64,000 nucleotides of DNA. It comes from an uncultured virus (IMG/VR IMGVR_UViG_3300008266_011401) (taxonomy: Duplodnaviria; Heunggongvirae; Uroviricota; Caudoviricetes). A program made the translations under genes and the position numbers. The notes under the pieces were generated by a model. The model had not been told where the DNA came from. It saw only the letters and a program-made list of their open reading frames with translations, and searched no databases. Location of the stretch: IMG/VR virus record IMGVR_UViG_3300008266_011401. The stretch is one strand, 5' to 3'. Shown here one piece after another: positions 57,997 to 64,000 of this stretch (positions within the stretch are counted from its first letter, which is position 1; each line of letters starts with the position of its first letter).

Positions 57997-58565
57997 AAGT
58001 TATATTGTGTATTGAAACTCAACGTAATTCTCATATTGGTTTTATTTGGTGGAACGTAATGTTGAACCCAACTTGGAAATAATACTAACTGTCCTGTTTT
58101 CGACTCCACGTTTTCTATATTAGATGTATACATACCAGGTGCATCTTTTCTTGTATGCTGTACGTCCAACATTCTAAATCCTTCCGTTGCACTTACAAAT
58201 GTAATTGGTGCGCTTCCTTCGTCCACATAAGGATAATATGCTCCACTAATTACACTATCATAATGTCTATGAACACCAACAGAACCATTCATACTTAGAA
58301 TATTCATCCAGCTTTCATAAATATAACTGGTGTGAATTCCAATTCTATTTGAGTACTCGTCAATACACTCTTGGAATTTATTGTATAATGGTTTTAGTGC
58401 GGGTATCTTACTTGGGTCTGCGTCACCACGAATTCCATCTACTAAACTATTCGTTGTGTATCCAATATTTTGTAATGCGTGGTTTACATCATCGGTGACG
58501 AAATCCGATAAATTAAAAATTGCTACTGGTGTGGAAAATAACCATAGAGTATTTATTTCTGTCAT
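57993..58565 (-). CDS. 2OG-Fe(II) oxygenase (phage TIGR02466-like)
   Basis: LFSTP, W.N, HRH...SG.YY, LFPSW..H.V, R..LSFN. Confidence 0.85.
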   Translation of the reverse strand: MTEINTLWLFSTPVAIFNLSDFVTDDVNHALQNIGYTTNSLVDGIRGDADPSKIPALKPLYNKFQECIDEYSNRIGIHTSYIYESWMNILSMNGSVGVHRHYDSVISGAYYPYVDEGSAPITFVSATEGFRMLDVQHTRKDAPGMYTSNIENVESKTGQLVLFPSWVQHYVPPNKTNMRITLSFNTQYNL

Positions 58566-58574
58566 ATAGATTTC

Positions 58575-58925
58575 TTATGCGGAAAAACTACTTCCACATC
58601 CACATTTAGCAGTAGCGTTTGGATTTTTAAAGGTAAACCCAGATCCCATCATGTCTATGACATAATGAACCAATGTACCATTTAAGTAAGAGCTGGAAAA
58701 GGGGTCTATGACAATCTTCAACCCATTTTCCTGCTCTACAACAACATCATCCTCTTCTGGATTATCAATGATATTGAAGTTATACTTAAATCCCGAACAA
58801 CCACCAGGTAATACCGAAATACGGAAATATTCACTATTTTCCGCTTCGGAAAACTTTTTCATTTCACCCAATGCCGCGTTGGTGAAGGTAATACTAAAAT
58901 CAGCCGCCTGTTGAACCGAATCCAT
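58575..58925 (-). CDS. iscA: A-type Fe-S cluster carrier (IscA/ErpA/HesB)
   Basis: GGCSG..Y, NPNA...CGCGSSF. Confidence 0.93.
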   Translation of the reverse strand: MDSVQQAADFSITFTNAALGEMKKFSEAENSEYFRISVLPGGCSGFKYNFNIIDNPEEDDVVVEQENGLKIVIDPFSSSYLNGTLVHYVIDMMGSGFTFKNPNATAKCGCGSSFSA

Positions 58926-59319
58926 TGCTCCCCCTTCCATCTTCCGATGTGAGTTCAGTAACCTCTTCTACTGCAAAATCCACTGTTGGTATTAAGATTA
59001 GTTGTGCAATCTTGTCACCAATGTAAACTGTCTTAATATCTGGTCCACCGTTGTGTAATGCTACCTGAATTTCACCTGTATATCCGTTATCAATTATACC
59101 CGCTACTACAAATAATTTTTTCTTCGTAGCGATGGAAGAACGATCACGAATAATACCACCATACCCAGCGGGAAATCCTATAGCGATACCGGTCTTTACC
59201 AATAATGTTTCATCTGGATATATTGAGACTTGTGCATTGGCGTATAAATCATACCCCAAATCTCCAGCGTGTGCTTTTGATGGGAGTATAGCCGTGTCAT
59301 ATAATCTTTGTACTTTCAA
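58900..59319 (-). CDS. dut: dUTPase
   Basis: GYDL, RSS, GIIDNGYTGE, AQLI, RG..GFGSTG. Confidence 0.96.
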   Translation of the reverse strand: MKVQRLYDTAILPSKAHAGDLGYDLYANAQVSIYPDETLLVKTGIAIGFPAGYGGIIRDRSSIATKKKLFVVAGIIDNGYTGEIQVALHNGGPDIKTVYIGDKIAQLILIPTVDFAVEEVTELTSEDGRGSNGFGSTGG

Positions 59320-59348
59320 GTTAGTGCTCCTGATATAATTAGTTTTAA

Positions 59349-59627
59349 TTATTTGTCAAATTTACCATTTATAACATCATTAATTAATTCGGTATATCCA
59401 GCTTTTGAATTTGCACCTGTTAACGATACAACATCAATATCATTTTTAAAGATAATAATTGTTGGAACTGATCGAACTTTATACTGCGTTGCCAAATCAG
59501 GACTTGCATCAACATCAACTGTTTCAAATGTAACTGCTGGCATTTCTTCCTGCAATTGCTTAAAAATAGGAGCAATCATTTTACACGGCGCACACCACGG
59601 TGCGGTAAATCTCATTACTTTAATCAT
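59349..59627 (-). CDS. trxA: Thioredoxin
   Basis: WCAPC, VPT. Confidence 0.92.
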   Translation of the reverse strand: MIKVMRFTAPWCAPCKMIAPIFKQLQEEMPAVTFETVDVDASPDLATQYKVRSVPTIIIFKNDIDVVSLTGANSKAGYTELINDVINGKFDK

Positions 59628-59636
59628 ATTAACCTC

Positions 59637-62600
59637 TTAAAAATTAATTCGGATACCTGCTTGCATTTGCCAACGTGATAACAAATCATCGTACTGATAT
59701 GTTTTTACGGTTGGGTCGAAACTATACGTAGGTGTTCCACCCACTGCGCGTCCAGAACGGTATTGTAACGGATATACGTTTTGGTTATTGAGATTAGGAA
59801 CGAAATACGACCTGCCCCACGAATCATTCAGTAAATTACCAATATTCGCTATATCAAATGTATACTGCATTCTACCATGCGTTTCTGTTACACGAACATC
59901 TACTCTATGGTTCCACGGTGTTCTTCCACCATTACGTTCCGTGTACTGTCCTCGACGACTGTTTAAATATACATCATTTGATATAAACTTGTCAAGGTCT
60001 GCCCAGATTTGTGCTTCCGTTCGTGTATCGGTTTGTCCAGTAGGTCGTGCTGAAGGGACCAATTTAATTTCCGAGGCGTTTCGTGGTACATATAATAAGT
60101 CATTATGACTGGACCCATCTCCATTCAAATCACCCGAATACACATATGAGAACGGTGAACCAGATGCTCCTGTATACACTGCGGAAATTACGGTATTCTT
60201 TTTTACATTCCACGAGGCGTTAGACACGATTCTATGACGAACATCATAGTTGGACCATGTTAATTCATATTCATTAGCTTTCACTAATTGATTATATTCT
60301 ACGTGCGATTGAAATGAGTTACGTTGACCATTGGCCAAATCCTTTGCTTGACCATAGCTATACGCTGTCATCATATCCCACCGATTCCACTTTTTACTAA
60401 GATTTGCTGTTAAATTATACCGATATCCTAGATTGGTATTTTGTAATGCAAACACCGATGTGTAGGGATTTGTTGCCGTTGTGGACAATCGCGTTGAGGT
60501 GTATACAGGACGAGTATCAGCTCCTCCCAAATTACCCGCAGCTCCAGGTAATCCCACATTGGTGAATAAAATATCATTCAATGTTTTTGTATAGGTTCCA
60601 TCTAACACCAACAATGCATCACCAGGAAGTTTAATATCCAATGCCAAATTTCCACGTACCATTTGTGGTTGTACATATTTGTCCGTGATGATGTTCATTT
60701 CATAGTTGGTTGTACTACTCACGGAACGTTGACGTAGTGGGTCAACAATTAAAGGAACTGTGGTTGTTGGTCGGGCATCCACATTTCCTACCACCAAACC
60801 ATTATGAATGAAGGGGTAAGCAAACCATGCGAATGGCATACGTCCTTGGAACAATCCTGCACCACCACGAACAGTAACTTTATTTGTTTCCCAAATGAAT
60901 CCCGCACGAGGCGCAATCATTAATGACGTACCATAATTGTTAGTAAACTTGGTATATGGTTGTGTCCCGTCCGTTAATGTTAGATTGGTAAACTCTGTCG
61001 CCTGTGTTGGTGTATCAATGATGTTCCAATCCGCACGAATGCCCAGACTTACTTTCAATCTGTCGGTTAGTGTAATTTCATCTTGCAGATACACGCTTGG
61101 TACTGCGATATTGAAATTCGCTCCAGGATTATTCAATACATAATCTAAACTGTTATCCGTTAAATCAAAAGTGGAACGAATACGATTAGGTCTGTTAGCA
61201 AAGAATGATGCAATGTTTGAATATTGCCAACGTCCCGCATATCCATTCACGAATGTGTACTGGACATTATAGAATTCATTGTGTGTACCCAAAGTAACTG
61301 TATGATTGTTCTTGGACCAGATTAAATTATCTGTGAGTTCAAACGTGCTAGTTCGGGTACGATACACCACGCCTTCACGATCTGCGCCAGCATTAATTTG
61401 TCCAAATTGAATATCTTGGATTTCAATCTGTGGTGCGTATTCTGAACCGTAAGGGTCACGATGGTCATTTACCAACGAATATCCTGCTAGTAAACTATTG
61501 GACACACCCACACCTAATTGTGATTTCAACTCTGCTACTGTGCTCAATGTTCTACTGATGTGATTGAAATCTTGTGAGGCAAGTTTATTTAATGCTTGAC
61601 CACGTTCTAAATTACCTGCCGATGCATTAACAAAATTACTTCGAACTGTGAGAATGGAATTACCAACGTTCCAATCTAACCGCCCGAAGTATTTTTCACT
61701 ATTTGCCTGAATGTTGTATGCTCCAATCGTACCAGGATCAAAGTTTGATATACCTGATTTTGCTGCAAATGAAATTAAACTATCTTGAATTTGTTGTGCA
61801 ATTTCTTTACTTAACAATGCACCTTGACTTCCTGGTGCGAATAGCACAGGGTCCGTTCTACGAGAAATTTCCGTATTGAAGAAATAGAACAATTTATCTT
61901 TGATTACAGGACCACCAATACGACCGCCGAATTGATATTCATTGAATGATGATGGAATATCACCCGACAATCCATTTCCCACCAATTGCGGTGCTCTTCC
62001 AAAACTATAAATTGATCCTTCTTGTTTGTTTGTTCCCGAACGAGTCACCGCATTAACACTACCGCCTGTGAAGTTACCAATCTTTACATCATATGGAGCA
62101 ATAGCAACAGACACTTGTTCGATAGCATCTAATGAAATAGGTTGGGTACGTGATAGTGAACCTGGGGTTCCAGTAGGTACAGATGCAGTAGATTGACCAG
62201 ATGACTGACTAAATCCGAATGCATCATTAGATGCTGCACCATCAATAGTTAAGTTGTTATACCGATAATTGGAACCTGCAAATGACACACCATTACCTTG
62301 TGGTGTCATTCTGGTCATATCCTGCAAACTACGACCCAACGTTGGTAATACTTCCAACTTATCTCTATTTAACTGTGCAGTCACCCCATCTTTTCTTGCC
62401 TGCGCCGCTACATCGGAAACAACTTGTACACCCTCTAACTGTACAACAATCTTATCTAAAATAATTTCTTTATTAGTTGTTCTACCCAACTCAACGGAAA
62501 TATCGCCCAAAGACTTTGGACGATATCCCAATGAAGTTATAGAAATAACATAAGGACTTCCTGGTTTCAGGTTAGTAATACTAAACTTACCGTATTCATT

Positions 62601-62777
62601 TGTACGTGTCATCACCTTTTGTGATGTTGGAACAAATGTGACTGTAACCGTTGCATTACTAATAACATTACCAGTATTATCTTTTGTTATACCGCTTAAA
62701 GTTCCACTCGTAACCTGTGCGAAGGATGCGTTGGCGCACAATACTGTCAGCGCAAGAATGCTCTTCAAAAATCTCAT
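59637..62777 (-). CDS. TonB-dependent receptor, Oar-like, with N-terminal carboxypeptidase-regulatory-like domain
   Basis: Signal peptide, GNFTGG.VNAVTRSGTN plug, PR.GF, C-terminal GIRINF. Confidence 0.92.
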   Translation of the reverse strand: MRFLKSILALTVLCANASFAQVTSGTLSGITKDNTGNVISNATVTVTFVPTSQKVMTRTNEYGKFSITNLKPGSPYVISITSLGYRPKSLGDISVELGRTTNKEIILDKIVVQLEGVQVVSDVAAQARKDGVTAQLNRDKLEVLPTLGRSLQDMTRMTPQGNGVSFAGSNYRYNNLTIDGAASNDAFGFSQSSGQSTASVPTGTPGSLSRTQPISLDAIEQVSVAIAPYDVKIGNFTGGSVNAVTRSGTNKQEGSIYSFGRAPQLVGNGLSGDIPSSFNEYQFGGRIGGPVIKDKLFYFFNTEISRRTDPVLFAPGSQGALLSKEIAQQIQDSLISFAAKSGISNFDPGTIGAYNIQANSEKYFGRLDWNVGNSILTVRSNFVNASAGNLERGQALNKLASQDFNHISRTLSTVAELKSQLGVGVSNSLLAGYSLVNDHRDPYGSEYAPQIEIQDIQFGQINAGADREGVVYRTRTSTFELTDNLIWSKNNHTVTLGTHNEFYNVQYTFVNGYAGRWQYSNIASFFANRPNRIRSTFDLTDNSLDYVLNNPGANFNIAVPSVYLQDEITLTDRLKVSLGIRADWNIIDTPTQATEFTNLTLTDGTQPYTKFTNNYGTSLMIAPRAGFIWETNKVTVRGGAGLFQGRMPFAWFAYPFIHNGLVVGNVDARPTTTVPLIVDPLRQRSVSSTTNYEMNIITDKYVQPQMVRGNLALDIKLPGDALLVLDGTYTKTLNDILFTNVGLPGAAGNLGGADTRPVYTSTRLSTTATNPYTSVFALQNTNLGYRYNLTANLSKKWNRWDMMTAYSYGQAKDLANGQRNSFQSHVEYNQLVKANEYELTWSNYDVRHRIVSNASWNVKKNTVISAVYTGASGSPFSYVYSGDLNGDGSSHNDLLYVPRNASEIKLVPSARPTGQTDTRTEAQIWADLDKFISNDVYLNSRRGQYTERNGGRTPWNHRVDVRVTETHGRMQYTFDIANIGNLLNDSWGRSYFVPNLNNQNVYPLQYRSGRAVGGTPTYSFDPTVKTYQYDDLLSRWQMQAGIRINF

Positions 62778-62817
62778 AAATCTCCGATGTATGGGTAATA
62801 TAACCCGTTATTGTTTA

Positions 62818-64000
62818 TCAAACAACTTCACAGGCACCACCACCACATGCTACCTCGCCAGACAGATTAGTACCATCTACGAATTCTACTACATCGTCTA
62901 GGTTGATATCGTGTAAATGCCCAATAAGTTCATTATAGGTTTCTTCGTTTACATCTTCGAATGGTGCTTGAATATATGAGTGGTCGGAATACGGGAGTAC
63001 TGACAATGCTGTGAAGTTCTCGCGGTTTTCCCACATCCACTCACCCACTTCTTGCCATTCACCATCCTTAATAGACACGGTAACGGATACATTATTCTTA
63101 TTTGCACCCTTACGATGACCTGGCTTCACCCATTCCTTCCATACCTTAGATACACGCTTCAACAAATCCAATGCGGATTCCTGACGAGTGACCGCGCCTT
63201 CGGGTGCCTTTTGTGGCACTTCAATGACAGCTTGAAGATTTGGTTTAAAATACTCGTCTGTAATTAATTCTGGGTGATTAATTTTTAGATAGCTATAGAT
63301 ACTTTCATTCTTTCCAACACGGATACGACGAATGTAGTGCTTGTTATGCCAAGCGTGGATACCACTACTCGTACCCAAAACGAGGGACGATGTGCCTTCC
63401 GGCTTCACGGTTGTGCAACGGGCCGCTGGCATCGTACCAATTATGGACGATACACGTGCATTCTCTTCCTTTACCATATTTGCAGCTTCCTTCATGTCGA
63501 GTTTCAACACTCCACCCGATGCGATTCCAGTCATACTCACGCCGATTAACGCTTCCTTCTCCGTGGTTCTCTTCCATATATCTCTCAAATAGTGAAAATC
63601 TGTGTACGATGCTTGTAATGTGCCAATAAATGCTGCTGCCTTTGCACGCGCATTCAAATCATCTTGATCAACAACATCACCAGCATGAATAGTGGTAAGA
63701 TTACAGAATTGGAAAGGACGAAGTGAAATTTCTGCACACGGGTTCATGCCCCAATCCTTGTCATTTGTAAAGAAGAATCCAGGTTCACCAGAACCAGAGA
63801 GTTCAATCTTCTTCCACAATTCAAAGAATGTTTCTTCTTCAACCTTTGAACGAACGATTACTGCACTATTATTTGCACGACCACGTTGTGGATTATTTTC
63901 CCACCAGTTGCCGAACTTACAAGTCAACATATCATCATCGTCAATGTCGAACAACGAAATCATAGCGGAACGACGAATTCCACCAGCAAGTACAGCGTCA
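62818..64000 (-). CDS. nrdJ: Class II (adenosylcobalamin) ribonucleotide reductase, 5' end beyond window
   Basis: GGIRRSA, GEPG, NPCAEI, TTVKPEGT, C-terminal CGGGAC. Confidence 0.92.
   Translation of the reverse strand, partial: DAVLAGGIRRSAMISLFDIDDDDMLTCKFGNWWENNPQRGRANNSAVIVRSKVEEETFFELWKKIELSGSGEPGFFFTNDKDWGMNPCAEISLRPFQFCNLTTIHAGDVVDQDDLNARAKAAAFIGTLQASYTDFHYLRDIWKRTTEKEALIGVSMTGIASGGVLKLDMKEAANMVKEENARVSSIIGTMPAARCTTVKPEGTSSLVLGTSSGIHAWHNKHYIRRIRVGKNESIYSYLKINHPELITDEYFKPNLQAVIEVPQKAPEGAVTRQESALDLLKRVSKVWKEWVKPGHRKGANKNNVSVTVSIKDGEWQEVGEWMWENRENFTALSVLPYSDHSYIQAPFEDVNEETYNELIGHLHDINLDDVVEFVDGTNLSGEVACGGGACEVV

Noticed and set aside
1..64000. Bacterial chromosome, or alternative genetic code
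   Set aside because: T4-like replisome genes, single-strand dense packing and no housekeeping operons indicate a phage; known genes are full length in the standard code.

Overview
A 64 kb segment of a large, T4-like/jumbo dsDNA bacteriophage genome. Essentially all genes are on the minus strand and tightly coupled. Phage core functions: family B DNA polymerase, sliding clamp and clamp loader, ATP-dependent ligase, class II ribonucleotide reductase, ThyX, dCMP deaminase, dUTPase and a MoxR AAA+/vWA pair. Sigma70-type promoters and Shine-Dalgarno sites, plus an Oar-like TonB receptor, suggest a Gram-negative, probably non-Bacteroidota host. Main unusual elements: (1) an ~18 kb glycan cluster containing a RuBisCO-like protein (form IV) coupled to a transaldolase-like protein, RibB, a kinase, a HAD phosphatase, two nucleotidyltransferases and a cupin, which may be an undescribed rare-sugar pathway; (2) a collagen-like protein with 13 His-x-Asp repeats plus two paralogous aKG-HExxH-like enzymes and several 2OG oxygenases, suggesting RiPP-style modification of a phage protein; (3) an APS kinase/sulfotransferase module interrupted by a homing endonuclease; (4) two Mom-like enzymes and a DruA-like gene among the replication genes; (5) a 117-nt tRNA-like RNA; (6) hairpin-embedded promoters and a repeated ACTATTTATA putative late promoter. 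All assignments come from reading motifs by eye; no database searches were run.
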